Shown here: positions 35,086 to 44,883 of the stretch, in pieces | Layout: each line of letters opens with the position of its first letter | Position numbering within the stretch: the first letter of the stretch is position 1 | NCBI GenBank assembly: GCA_903891415.1 | Contig: CAITEH010000033.1 | Span: 21,205-85,204, forward strand | From: Candidatus Firestoneibacteriota bacterium | GTDB taxonomy: Bacteria; Oederibacteriota; D2-FULL-39-29 | Reading direction: 5' to 3' | DNA: 64,000 bases | Made by a program: the position numbers and the translations under genes | Notes under the pieces: generated by a model | What the model was told of the DNA's origin: nothing | Databases searched by the model: none | Seen by the model: only the letters and a program-made list of their open reading frames with translations

Positions 35086-35706
35086 TTACTTTATATTTAC
35101 TTTCAAAATTCCTATCCCAAGCAGCTTGCACACGGCCCTTCTTATTGCATCCAGATCCCCATTTTCCCCTTTCATCAATATTCTGTCAGCTCCGGCTTTT
35201 TCAAATTTCTTTGCTTCTTCTTCGTAAGCCGTATAGGCAAGAACTTTTACATGATTGAATCTTTCATGGCTCTTAATTTCCTTACAGAACTCCGAACCAT
35301 GCATTCCCGGCATCCGCCCGTCAAGAATAACAAGGTCAGGCATGAATTCAACAAGTTTTATACCGGCCTCCATTCCGTTCTTGGCCGTTTCCAGCCCAAA
35401 TCTTTCCCCGATCCCTTCGGATAGGTCTTTAAGGATAAGTTTTAATACGTTTACAATTTCAACTTCATCATCCACAACCAGAACCCTGTACTTTGCGGTG
35501 GAGCTTGACCCTATTTTCTTCAATTCTTCAGGCAGCGGCATTCCGGTTTTCCGGGCAAACTTAACGATATCTTCCGCCTTAAACCTGTAATGGCCTCCGA
35601 CAGTTTCATAAGCTTCAAGCTTCCCGTCTTTTATCCAATTACCGATCGTGGCAATAGTAACATCAAAAAATCTGCTGAGATCGGCTGACTTGTAACGTTT
35701 TTCCAT
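35086..35706 (-). CDS. response regulator with N-terminal excisionase/MerR-type HTH and C-terminal receiver domain
   Basis: HTH (DLSRFFDVTIATIGNWIKDGKL ... GGHYRF), then receiver (RVLVVDDE ... DLVILDGRMPGM). ATG 35706 (AGGA RBS) is preferred to the tracked 35781. Confidence 0.8.
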   Translation of the reverse strand: MEKRYKSADLSRFFDVTIATIGNWIKDGKLEAYETVGGHYRFKAEDIVKFARKTGMPLPEELKKIGSSSTAKYRVLVVDDEVEIVNVLKLILKDLSEGIGERFGLETAKNGMEAGIKLVEFMPDLVILDGRMPGMHGSEFCKEIKSHERFNHVKVLAYTAYEEEAKKFEKAGADRILMKGENGDLDAIRRAVCKLLGIGILKVNIK

Positions 35707-35904
35707 TATTTTCGTCCTTTTTGCTATTTTACTTTTTTTACTTATTGATACAATTATATATGCATTTTTTCTATTTGTCAACTCCCCCAGCTTTCGGTAT
35801 TACCGGGTTTGAAATATTCACACATGCAGGCCGGAGGCCGTACTGAAATATATATTTATTTTATATTCTTTTGGAGTATAATATAAAATCTTGTTGAAAC
35901 GATA

Positions 35905-37332
35905 ATGTTCGCAGAAAGAAGGGTGCCTTTGAAAGATTTTACTACGGGGAGTATTCCAAAACAACTCATAGTTTTTGCTCTGCCGCTATTGCTCGGTAAT
36001 TTTCTGCAGATGGCTGTAGATATAATGAACATGATCTGGGTCGGGAGGCTTATAGGACATGAAGCCATTGCCTCTGTGGCCACTTCCATGCCTATTCTTT
36101 TCTTTCTTATTTCTATTCTGATCGGAATGAGCATTGCGGCAAATATAATTGTAGCACAGGCCTTCAGTGCAAAAGACTACAAGTACATGGAAAAAACCTT
36201 TGCCAATTCTTTTTTGGTAAGCGTCGTGCTTTGTGTCGTCCTTTCCACGCTCGGAATAGTTTTCAGCCGGGAACTCCTTACCCTGATAAAATGCCCGCCT
36301 GATATCCTGCCGCAGGCCAATTCGTTCTTCAAAGTCGTCATGATAGGCCTTTCGTTTAATTTTATCTATAACTGGTATTCAGGTATACAGAGAGGCCTGG
36401 GAGACTCTAAAACACCTCTTTATATCCTGATCTTTAATGCCGTGCTCAACCTGATCTCCGTCCCCTTGCTCGTATTAAAGTTCGGGCTTATAGGCGCTCC
36501 TATAGGGAATATTTTTTCCGGCATCGCAAGCCTTATCGCAGGGTACTATTATGCCAGCCATAAGAACCCTTTCTTCAATATCAGAGAATGGGACTTTACG
36601 GTAGACTGGGGAATAATAAAAAAACTTTTCACCATAGGCGTTCCGGCTTCTATGCAAATGGTCATTACCTCCGTGGCAGGTTCGGTAATAATGTCTCTTG
36701 TTAACGGCTTTGGAACTACCGTTACGGCCGCGGCCGGTATAGGCCAGCAGTGCGACCAGCTTGCGTTTTTGCCGTCTATGGCCGTCGGTTTCGCCGTTAC
36801 CTCTATGGCCGCTCAGAATATAAGCACCAAAAAATACGGCCGGGTAAAAGAAGTGCTTAAATACGGTATAATGCTTTCCTGTTCTATCGCCGCTTTCTTT
36901 ACCGTGCTTATCTTTCTTTTCCCCTGCCAGATAGCCTCCTTTTTCAACAAGGACCCGCTTACGGCGGCGCTTATCATGCCGCACACTGTGGCCTATCTAA
37001 GGATAGTTTGTTTTTCCTATATAGGGTTCGCTCTGGTATTTTCTTTTATGGGGGTTGTAAGAAGTTCCGGAGACACTCTGGCTATTTTAGTGCTTACCTT
37101 TATCTCCGCGGTGCTCTTCCGGATACCTCTGGCATGGTTTCTATCCCAAAAGACGCCTATGGGTGAAAGCGGTATCTGGACCGCCATAGTTATAAGCACC
37201 TATGTTACTCTTATTTTGAATTACCTTTATTACAGGTCAGGAAGATGGAAAAACATGAAATTACTTCATACTCCGGGCCGCATGCAGAGGGTAAAAGCAA
37301 TAGAAGAGCAGGAGCTGGAAAAAGAAATTTAA
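35905..37332 (+). CDS. MATE family efflux transporter
   Basis: 475 aa, 12 TM. The N-terminal IPKQLIVFALPLLLGNFLQ is typical of MATE/NorM. Confidence 0.9.
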   Translation: MFAERRVPLKDFTTGSIPKQLIVFALPLLLGNFLQMAVDIMNMIWVGRLIGHEAIASVATSMPILFFLISILIGMSIAANIIVAQAFSAKDYKYMEKTFANSFLVSVVLCVVLSTLGIVFSRELLTLIKCPPDILPQANSFFKVVMIGLSFNFIYNWYSGIQRGLGDSKTPLYILIFNAVLNLISVPLLVLKFGLIGAPIGNIFSGIASLIAGYYYASHKNPFFNIREWDFTVDWGIIKKLFTIGVPASMQMVITSVAGSVIMSLVNGFGTTVTAAAGIGQQCDQLAFLPSMAVGFAVTSMAAQNISTKKYGRVKEVLKYGIMLSCSIAAFFTVLIFLFPCQIASFFNKDPLTAALIMPHTVAYLRIVCFSYIGFALVFSFMGVVRSSGDTLAILVLTFISAVLFRIPLAWFLSQKTPMGESGIWTAIVISTYVTLILNYLYYRSGRWKNMKLLHTPGRMQRVKAIEEQELEKEI

Positions 37333-37347
37333 TACCGGGTTAAACGG

Positions 37348-37386
37348 TAAAAAAACAGGGCTCCGCTTTTAAAAAACGAAGCCCTG
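37348..37386 (-). terminator. intrinsic terminator after the 37400..38641 gene
   Basis: Minus strand reads CAGGGCTTCG-loop-CGGAGCCCTG followed by TTTTTTT. Confidence 0.6.
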
Positions 37387-37399
37387 CCGTTCTTCTTGT

Positions 37400-38641
37400 T
37401 TACTTTTTTATCACCTTGTAGATATGGGTGTCCCATTTCTTGAACTCATCTGTAAACTTTCCCGAAGCATCCATATCAAGCGTTCTATTTTCCCAGAGAA
37501 CTTCTACTTTTCCTGCCGCGCTCACGCCTTTTACCTGAAAGGTACCGGTAGTGGGATCTCCCATTTTCATGGCAGCCGCAAAAATATAGGTCCCGCCTTT
37601 GTAATTTTTCACGAGAATGTCTATCGGAACGGCCTCATTACTTGAAGCCGCCGTTGCGCCGTCATAGTTAGTCCCGTTTATTACCGGCGCCAGCTCTGTT
37701 ATTTGCGCGTTTATCTTTGTAACATTGGCAAGCTGCGCGGGATCCTCAAGTAAAGCAGCTTCCTGAAATTTTGGCTTAAAGTTATGGCAGAAATATACGA
37801 TGCCTTTTGTCCCGTGAATTATGGAGATCCAAATTTCGGCCTTTGTTTCTTCCGGCGTAGGAGCTCTTTTATTTCCCGTGAAGTTGGTCCCGATGCAGTT
37901 AAATCTCGGTTTCTCCGCTCCGGCCCATTCCTTTATCCTGTCCAGGCCCTTGGCATGGAACCAGAGATACCTTTCGCCCAGATCGGCCGTAGGATAGACA
38001 TCAAAGCCCACAAAGTCGCAGGATCTCATGTATTCAGGGTACATTTTATTTTTCCAGCCGCCGCCTCTGCCCGGGTATTGATCATTTGCTATACCGCAAC
38101 TGAAGGTGAGAAAGACCGGCCGTGTCGGGTCTTCTTTTTTGAGCGTCTCGTACATCTCTCCAATATCTTTTGCGGAGACACGGGAGGTTTCCGGGCCGTA
38201 TTTCCAGATCTTTCCGTTAACTTCCAGGTCTGATTTAAACTGAAAGTTATCCGGTTCATCCATCATCATCCAGCCGATTATCGTCTTATCGTCCTTAAAT
38301 TTTAAGGCCTCTTTATTCATATCGCAGATAACGTACATTCCGGCGGCTTTTAGCTCTTCAAGCTGTCCCGGTTTGGGCCCCATGTGTAAACCAAAATAAG
38401 TGTTTATTCCGGCAGCCTTGTATTTGGCAGCATTGCCGGGCTTCTGTAACCAGACGACCAGCGGGAAGAAATTCGGATCCTGCGGATAGTTTCTAAAATT
38501 TTCCATTTGCTTGGTCACGGTCCAGCCGTCTGCTTTAGTCTCGGCAAAAGTATTTGTTCCGCATGACAGCGCAAGCGCGAAAACCAGCAAGAACACTAAG
38601 TACCTGCCCATAGCTTTAACTGCTTTTCTTCTTAGAAGCAT
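37400..38641 (-). CDS. secreted lipoprotein, glycoside-hydrolase-like TIM barrel (paralogue A1)
   Basis: 413 aa. Lipobox LALSC, GWMMMDEPDN acid/base-like motif, FDVYP. Confidence 0.6.
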   Translation of the reverse strand: MLLRRKAVKAMGRYLVFLLVFALALSCGTNTFAETKADGWTVTKQMENFRNYPQDPNFFPLVVWLQKPGNAAKYKAAGINTYFGLHMGPKPGQLEELKAAGMYVICDMNKEALKFKDDKTIIGWMMMDEPDNFQFKSDLEVNGKIWKYGPETSRVSAKDIGEMYETLKKEDPTRPVFLTFSCGIANDQYPGRGGGWKNKMYPEYMRSCDFVGFDVYPTADLGERYLWFHAKGLDRIKEWAGAEKPRFNCIGTNFTGNKRAPTPEETKAEIWISIIHGTKGIVYFCHNFKPKFQEAALLEDPAQLANVTKINAQITELAPVINGTNYDGATAASSNEAVPIDILVKNYKGGTYIFAAAMKMGDPTTGTFQVKGVSAAGKVEVLWENRTLDMDASGKFTDEFKKWDTHIYKVIKK

Positions 38642-38677
38642 CTTCTCTCCTTTTAAAAATTTTTAGTTAAAAGTAAG

Positions 38678-39904
38678 CTAATTCTTTACTACTTTGTAAA
38701 TATGTGTTTCCCAGGTCTTAAACTCGTCTTTAAATTGCCCGGTGGCATCCATGTCCAGTGTACGGTTTTCCCCCAGAACCTGGACTTTGCCTGCCGCACT
38801 CACGTCCTTCACCCGGAAAGTACCCGTTGCCGGTTCTCCCATCTTCATAACCGCCGCGAAAATATAGGTTTCCCCTTTATAGTTCTTCACCAGGATATCT
38901 ATGGGCACAGACTCGCTGCTCGAAGCAACGGCCGCGGTATTAAGATCAGGCCCGTTTATTACGGGAGCCAGCTCTGTTATCTGCGCGTTTATCTTTGTGA
39001 TACTGGCAAGCTGGGCGGCATCCCTAAGCAGTGCGTCTTCCACAAAAGGTGTTATATTATGGCAAAAATAATTGATTCCCTTTGTCCCGTGGATAATAGA
39101 TATCCAGATCTCCGTCTTTATATTTTCGGGGGAAGGCTGCTTATTTCTCTTCCCGGTAAAGCAGGGCCCCAGGGCATTAAATCTCGGTTTCTCTGCTGCT
39201 CCCCATTCCTTCAACCTGTCCAGCCCTTTTGCATGGAACCAGAGATATTTTTCACCCAGATCAGAGACCGGGTAAACATCAAAACATATCACATCTCCGC
39301 TTTTTATATAATCTTTGTACATGGTATTTTTCCAGCCGGGGCCTCTGGCCGGGGTTTGATCATTCGCCACTCCGCAGCCAAGCCCGAGAAAGACAGGACG
39401 GGTCGGATCCTCTTTACTGACTGTTTCGTACATCTCGCCCAGGTCTTTTGGTGAAACTCTTGAGGTTTCAGGCCCGTATTTCCAGATCTTTCCGTTAACT
39501 TCCAGGTCTGATTTAAATTGAAAGTTATCGGGTTCATCCATCATCATCCAGCCTATTATTGTTTTGTCATCTCTATGTTTCAAAGCTTCGGGATTCATCT
39601 CGCAGATCAAATACATGCCGTCCGCTTTTAGGGCCTCTATCTGTCCTGCTTTCGGCCCTTTCCAGAGGGCAAAAAAAGTATTTATTCCGGCCGCTTTATA
39701 TTTAGCCGCGTTTGCCGGGTCCTGGAGCCAGACCGTAAGCGGGAAAAAATTCGGATCCTGCGGATAGTTCTTGAATTTTTCCATGTACTTGTTCATAGTC
39801 CAGCTGTCAGCTTTACCCTCCGCGCAAAAACAAGGCTTGCAGGAGATTACAAAAGCAAAAACCGGGAGCAAGAGCAAGTATCGGCACAGACTTTTTTTAA
39901 CCAT
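38678..39904 (-). CDS. secreted lipoprotein, glycoside-hydrolase-like TIM barrel (paralogue A2)
   Basis: ATG 39904 (AGGGGGAAAA RBS; MVKKSLCRYLLLLPVFAFVISC lipobox) is preferred to the tracked 40117. Collinear with 37400..38641. Confidence 0.6.
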   Translation of the reverse strand: MVKKSLCRYLLLLPVFAFVISCKPCFCAEGKADSWTMNKYMEKFKNYPQDPNFFPLTVWLQDPANAAKYKAAGINTFFALWKGPKAGQIEALKADGMYLICEMNPEALKHRDDKTIIGWMMMDEPDNFQFKSDLEVNGKIWKYGPETSRVSPKDLGEMYETVSKEDPTRPVFLGLGCGVANDQTPARGPGWKNTMYKDYIKSGDVICFDVYPVSDLGEKYLWFHAKGLDRLKEWGAAEKPRFNALGPCFTGKRNKQPSPENIKTEIWISIIHGTKGINYFCHNITPFVEDALLRDAAQLASITKINAQITELAPVINGPDLNTAAVASSSESVPIDILVKNYKGETYIFAAVMKMGEPATGTFRVKDVSAAGKVQVLGENRTLDMDATGQFKDEFKTWETHIYKVVKN

Positions 39905-40020
39905 TTTTCCCCCTATTGTTATCTTGAACAATGCTATATTATAGACCAGCAAATCCTGTATTTCAAAGCAAAAATAGGCCGTTTTTCCTGTTTGTTGGGA
40001 ATTCCTTACTGATAAAATGT

Positions 40021-40049
40021 TTGACATAATAACGGGATTTTTGTATAAT
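40021..40049 (+). promoter_or_regulatory. perfect-consensus sigma70 promoter of the 2-oxoacid dehydrogenase operon
   Basis: TTGACA (40021-40026), 17-nt spacer, TATAAT (40044-40049). Confidence 0.6.
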
Positions 40050-40085
40050 AATACCAGAGATAATACCAATATACAAGGAGGAGCT

Positions 40086-41051
40086 TTGAGCACATCTATT
40101 GATAAAGGAACTGCCATATTCTACCTGCAAAAGATGATGGAAATAAGGCAGTTTGAAGACAAGATCATGGATCTATTGGCCCAAAATATCGCGGAGGGCG
40201 GGTCCCATCTCTATGCCGGCGAAGAAGCTGTCGCAGTAGGAGCTATGGCCGCGCTCAGGCCTGATGACTTTATTACCAGCACGCACAGAGGCCACGGGCA
40301 TGCCATAGCAAAAGGCGGGAAATTAAACGAGCTTATGGCGGAGATACTCGGAAAAGCGACCGGCTGCTGCAAAGGCAAAGGCGGGTCACTCCACCTTGCG
40401 GATGTTTCGACAGGCAACCTGGGAGCCAACGGCATAGTCGGGGGCGGCCTGGCAATGGCGGCCGGGGCCGGGCTTTCCATTAAACTAAGAAAAACGGAGC
40501 AGGTCACGCTTTGCTTTATCGGCGATGGCGCGACCAACCAGGGAGTTTTCCACGAGTCCCTGAACATGGTAGGCACCTGGAGGCTTCCGGTAATATACAT
40601 AGTAGAAAATAATCTTTACGGGATGTCCGTTTCGGTAAAAAGGGCGTCCGCGGTCACCGACCTTGCAAAAAAGGCGGTCCCTTACAATATGCCGGCGGTC
40701 ACAGTTTCCGGCCAGGATGTGCTTGCGGTCAAGGACGCGGTCGAAGCCTATGTAAAAAACGCGCGCGCGGGAAAGGGCCCGGCTATGGTGGTCTGTGATA
40801 CTTACAGATATTACGGCCATTCAAGAAGCGACCCGAGAGTTTACAGGACCAAAGAAGAAGAAAAATACTGGGCCGAACAGGACCCGATAAAATTATTTTC
40901 CGCAAAATGCGTGAAGGAAGGTTTGCTTTCCCAAAAGGACGTCGAAGAACTCGATAAATTCGTTGAGAACGAGATAGAAGAAGCAACCAAGTTTGCGATC
41001 GAAAGCCCGCTTCCCGGCGACGCCGAACTTTACACAGACCTATTCGCTTAA
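40086..41051 (+). CDS. 2-oxoacid (pyruvate/acetoin) dehydrogenase E1 alpha subunit
   Basis: TPP-binding pattern (GDGATNQG ... NN.YG). TTG 40086, 5 nt after AAGGAGG, is preferred to the tracked 40017. Confidence 0.85.
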   Translation: MSTSIDKGTAIFYLQKMMEIRQFEDKIMDLLAQNIAEGGSHLYAGEEAVAVGAMAALRPDDFITSTHRGHGHAIAKGGKLNELMAEILGKATGCCKGKGGSLHLADVSTGNLGANGIVGGGLAMAAGAGLSIKLRKTEQVTLCFIGDGATNQGVFHESLNMVGTWRLPVIYIVENNLYGMSVSVKRASAVTDLAKKAVPYNMPAVTVSGQDVLAVKDAVEAYVKNARAGKGPAMVVCDTYRYYGHSRSDPRVYRTKEEEKYWAEQDPIKLFSAKCVKEGLLSQKDVEELDKFVENEIEEATKFAIESPLPGDAELYTDLFA

Positions 41052-41065
41052 GGAGAGCAAAATAA

Positions 41066-42040
41066 ATGAGAGAGATAGCTTACTGGCAGGCAATAAACGA
41101 AGCATTAGCAGAAGAAATGACCAAAGACCCTTCGGTCTTTATCATGGGCGAGGATGTGGCCATCTATGGCGGCGCTTATGCCGTGACCCGGGGTTTACAC
41201 GCGAAATTCGGCGATGAAAGAGTACGCGATACCGCCATTTCCGAAGCCGCGATAGTCGGAGCCGGCCTCGGGGCCGCGATAACGGGCATGCGCCCGGTGG
41301 TCGAGATCATGTACGTCGATTTTATGGGCATAGCAATGGACCAGCTTAATAACCAGATCGCAAAGATCCGGTATATGTTCGGCGGTAAAACCAAAGTACC
41401 TTTGGTTATCCGTACTGAAGGCGGCGCGGGCAGGACGCTTGGCGCGCATCATTCCCAGTCGCTTGAGGCCTGGTTTACACATATCCCCGGAATAAAAGTG
41501 GTCATGCCTTCAACTCCTTACGACGCAAAAGGGCTGCTCAAAGCTGCGATACGTGAAGATAACCCTATTGTATATATAGAACATAAGATGCTCTATAACA
41601 CTAAAGGCCCTGTACCTGAAACTGAATATGTCCTCCCCATAGGCAAAGCGGATGTTAAAAAACAGGGCAAAGATATCACTCTTGTAAGCTGGTCTTTGAC
41701 TTTACTACATTGCCTTAAAGCCGCAGAAGAGCTTGAAAAGGAAGGGATTTCCGTTGAAGTTATAGACCTGCGCACTTTGGCTCCTCTGGATATCGACACA
41801 ATTGTAGGATCTGTTCAGAAAACTCACAGGCTGGTAATTGCTCATGAAGCCTGGAAAACCGGAGGGTTTGCCGGAGAAATAGCAGCCCAGGTAATGGAAA
41901 AAGCTTTTGATCACCTGGATGCCCCCGTTTCACGCGTGTGCGGCGCGGATGTGCCAATGCCCAAGGCGCCTAACCTGGAAAGACTGGCCATTCCAAATAA
42001 AGAAACGATAAAAAAAGCCGTTAAGGAGCTACTCGCATGA
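41066..42040 (+). CDS. 2-oxoacid dehydrogenase E1 beta subunit
   Basis: 324 aa. Transketolase-like pyrimidine-binding and C-terminal domains (GEDV ... ISEAAIVG ... EHK.LY). Confidence 0.9.
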   Translation: MREIAYWQAINEALAEEMTKDPSVFIMGEDVAIYGGAYAVTRGLHAKFGDERVRDTAISEAAIVGAGLGAAITGMRPVVEIMYVDFMGIAMDQLNNQIAKIRYMFGGKTKVPLVIRTEGGAGRTLGAHHSQSLEAWFTHIPGIKVVMPSTPYDAKGLLKAAIREDNPIVYIEHKMLYNTKGPVPETEYVLPIGKADVKKQGKDITLVSWSLTLLHCLKAAEELEKEGISVEVIDLRTLAPLDIDTIVGSVQKTHRLVIAHEAWKTGGFAGEIAAQVMEKAFDHLDAPVSRVCGADVPMPKAPNLERLAIPNKETIKKAVKELLA

Positions 42041-43287
42041 TAACAAAAGTCCTCCTCCCCAAACTTGGCGAAACTATGGAAGAAGGCGCTATCGGCAAAT
42101 GGCGCGTAAAAGAAGGCGACAAGGTCAATAAAGGTGATGTTCTTTTTGAGATAACAACGGATAAAGCTAACTTTGAATACGAGGCCCTGAAGGGCGGGTT
42201 TATCAGAAAGATCCTTTACAAAGAAGGCATTACCGTACCGGTTCTTGTTCCTGTTGCTTATACCGCTGACAGCATGGACGAACCGCTGCCGAAAGAAGAA
42301 CCTTTGCCGGCTGCAAAGCCCAAAGAAGAAACAATAGCAGCCGCACCCGTCAATACAGTCAATCCGCCGGTCGTTCTTGAAACGGTTTCCGGCCCGGCGC
42401 CCGCGCAAAAATTCTTTCCGGAAGACGGCCGGATTTTCGCGACCCCTATAGCAAAACGCCTCGCTAAAGAAAAAGGAATAGCTCTTACAGCCGTTTCCGG
42501 CTCCGGGCCGAACGGCAGGATACTTGAACGCGATATTTTAAATTATAAACCTAAAGCAGGCGGTTCAGGTGCCGCTGTCTCAGGCATTAACACGGCAAAA
42601 ATAACAAGCAACGGCGGTTCAAAGACTTCGGTACTTTCGCAAATGAGGAAAATAATAGCCGACCGCTTAAAGAGCTCCAAACGGGAAGCCCCCCATTTTT
42701 ACGTCCAGTTCGATGTTGACATGACGGAACTTTTAAAGAAGCGCGTTGAATTAAAAGCAAAAAATATTGTGCTTTCCGTTAATGATTTTATTATCTCCGC
42801 CTGTGCCATCGCTTTACGTGAATTTCCGCTGATGAACTCACATTTCGTCAATGATAAAATAGTGCAGTTCGAGGACGCTAATGTCGGTGTCGCGGTCGCG
42901 CTTGAGAACGGCCTGGTAGTTCCCGTGATCAGGCAGGCCAATAATAAAACCGTGCGCGTAATAGCGGCAGAGGCAAAACTTCTTGCGGAGAAAGCAAAGA
43001 CAGGAAAACTTACGGCCGCCGACTACAGCGAAGGCACTTTTACCATCTCAAATATGGGCATGCTGGGTGTAGACAGCTTTTCGGCGATAATTAATCCGCC
43101 GCAGGTGGGAATACTGGCGGTAGCCGCGGCAAAAAAACAGACGGTTGTGATCAATGACGCTATTGCCATCCGGTCAATAATGAAAATAACTCTCTCCGCC
43201 GACCACAGAGTGATCGACGGAGCTTATGCAGCCGTATTTTTGGGCCGCGTCAAAGAAATACTCGAAAATAGTCTCCTTAGCATTTAA
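42037..43287 (+). CDS. dihydrolipoamide acyltransferase E2 (single lipoyl domain)
   Basis: 416 aa. Lipoyl-lysine motif EITTDKA, a subunit-binding domain, and catalytic DHRVIDGA. Confidence 0.9.
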   Translation: MITKVLLPKLGETMEEGAIGKWRVKEGDKVNKGDVLFEITTDKANFEYEALKGGFIRKILYKEGITVPVLVPVAYTADSMDEPLPKEEPLPAAKPKEETIAAAPVNTVNPPVVLETVSGPAPAQKFFPEDGRIFATPIAKRLAKEKGIALTAVSGSGPNGRILERDILNYKPKAGGSGAAVSGINTAKITSNGGSKTSVLSQMRKIIADRLKSSKREAPHFYVQFDVDMTELLKKRVELKAKNIVLSVNDFIISACAIALREFPLMNSHFVNDKIVQFEDANVGVAVALENGLVVPVIRQANNKTVRVIAAEAKLLAEKAKTGKLTAADYSEGTFTISNMGMLGVDSFSAIINPPQVGILAVAAAKKQTVVINDAIAIRSIMKITLSADHRVIDGAYAAVFLGRVKEILENSLLSI

Positions 43288-43305
43288 CAGCCGGTCTTTG
43301 CTACA

Positions 43306-43476
43306 CCTCGCCTGGGCTCTTCCAGGCGGGAGGAATGCGGCGATAAGCAAAGCTTGTTTTGAGAAGAATCGCAAAATATGCCGCGGTTTATGACAAAATA
43401 TAGCTGACAGCTGCCACATATATCTTTCCTTTCAGCTGTCATTGCGAGGAATGCGGTGGTAACCGCGGTTTATGAC
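43306..43476. repeat. structured repeat-rich spacer between E2 and E3
   Basis: Hairpin CCTCGCCTGG/CCAGGCGGG (43306-43333). GAGGAATGCGG occurs twice (43330 and 43446). CCGCGGTTTATGAC occurs twice (43381 and 43463). Inverted repeat TGACAGCTG/CAGCTGTCA (43405/43433). Confidence 0.6.
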
Positions 43477-43509
43477 GAAGCGAACTAATTCATCCGGAGG
43501 CTCACTATA

Positions 43510-44880
43510 ATGACTTATGATCTGCTGGTTATCGGAGGTGGACCCTGCGGGTATGTTGCCGCTATCAGGGCTGCCCAGCTGGGAGCAAAAGTTGCACTTA
43601 TCGAAAAAGAAGAACTCGGCGGGACCTGCTTAAATCACGGCTGTATCCCTACAAAAGCACTGCTTGCAAGCGCGGAAGTTTACCATAAGCTTGGCAAAGC
43701 AAAGGACTTTGGAATTACCGTAAGCGGGTTTACAGTTGATCTTGGTGCAGTTATCGACCGGAAAGACCGCCTGGTAAAGCGCTTACGCGCGGGGATAGGA
43801 TCTATTCTCAAAAGTTACAATATAGAAGTTATTAAGGCCGCCGCCTCTTTTACCGGAAGTTCTTCCGTTATAGCCGGCGACAAATTTATTGCTTTTAAAA
43901 AATGCCTAATCGCAACCGGCTCGGTATCCGTAAATATTCCCGGACTGGAAACTAACGGACAGGATATAATTACCAGCACGGAACTGCTTAATCTGAAAGA
44001 AATGCCCTCCTCTCTCTTAGTGATCGGAGGCGGAGTTATTGGTATTGAATTTGCTTCTCTCTTCTCCCGCCTCGGTGTTAAGGTCACGGTTGTTGAAGCC
44101 CTTAACAAGATCCTTCCGTTCGAGGATGACGAACTTGCCTCAGCCATGGCGGCGATTCTTACAAAAAAAGGCGTTGAGTTCCATACCGGGGCAAAGGTCC
44201 TAAAAATTAAAGGCACCACGGCGGAAATAGAAAAAGCAGGGCAAAAATTCTCCGTAACCGCGGGCAAGATCCTGGTCTCCATCGGCAGGAAACCTAACTA
44301 CGAAGGCCTGGGCCTTGAAAAAGCCGGGATAGCCCTGGAAAAAAACCGCATCAAAGTTAATGACCGGCTGGAAACCAATGTTCGCGGCATCTATGCCGCC
44401 GGAGATGCTTCCAGTAAATATATGCTGGCTTATGTAGCTTCGGCAGAAGGCCTTGTTGCGGCTGAAAACGCCTGCGGTAAAGATTCAAAAATTGACCATA
44501 AAATAATCCCCACCTGTGTCTTTACGGCTCCGGAAATCGCGCATGTAGGCCTTACAGAAAAGGAGGCCAAAGAAAAAGGGTTTAAATACAGGGTAGGCAA
44601 ATTTCCGTTCGCGGCAAGCGGCAGAGCTCAGATACTCAACGAAACAGAGGGGTTTATCAAGGTGCTTATTGATGAAAAAACAGACGGGTTCCTGGGGGTA
44701 CATATTATCGGGCCCGAGGCGACAGAAATTATTCACAGCGGTTCTATTGCCATGAAACTTGAATCTACCACCCAGGAAATGGAGCGGATAATTTTCAATC
44801 ATCCCACTCTTTCAGAAGGCCTTATGGAAGCTGCCCACGACGCGCACAAGGAAGCAATTGATCTTCCTAAACGTACTTGA
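43510..44880 (+). CDS. lpdA: dihydrolipoyl dehydrogenase E3
   Basis: 456 aa. GGGPCGY FAD site, redox-active CLNHGCIPTK, C-terminal HPTLSE. Confidence 0.9.
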   Translation: MTYDLLVIGGGPCGYVAAIRAAQLGAKVALIEKEELGGTCLNHGCIPTKALLASAEVYHKLGKAKDFGITVSGFTVDLGAVIDRKDRLVKRLRAGIGSILKSYNIEVIKAAASFTGSSSVIAGDKFIAFKKCLIATGSVSVNIPGLETNGQDIITSTELLNLKEMPSSLLVIGGGVIGIEFASLFSRLGVKVTVVEALNKILPFEDDELASAMAAILTKKGVEFHTGAKVLKIKGTTAEIEKAGQKFSVTAGKILVSIGRKPNYEGLGLEKAGIALEKNRIKVNDRLETNVRGIYAAGDASSKYMLAYVASAEGLVAAENACGKDSKIDHKIIPTCVFTAPEIAHVGLTEKEAKEKGFKYRVGKFPFAASGRAQILNETEGFIKVLIDEKTDGFLGVHIIGPEATEIIHSGSIAMKLESTTQEMERIIFNHPTLSEGLMEAAHDAHKEAIDLPKRT

Positions 44881-44883
44881 ACT

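Noticed and set aside
39905-40117. N-terminal extensions suggested by the ORF track (38678..40117 long form; 40017 start for E1 alpha)
   Set aside because: The two extensions overlap each other on opposite strands and cover a perfect-consensus promoter. Internal starts with strong RBSs (39904 and 40086) give a lipoprotein signal peptide and a normal E1 alpha N-terminus.
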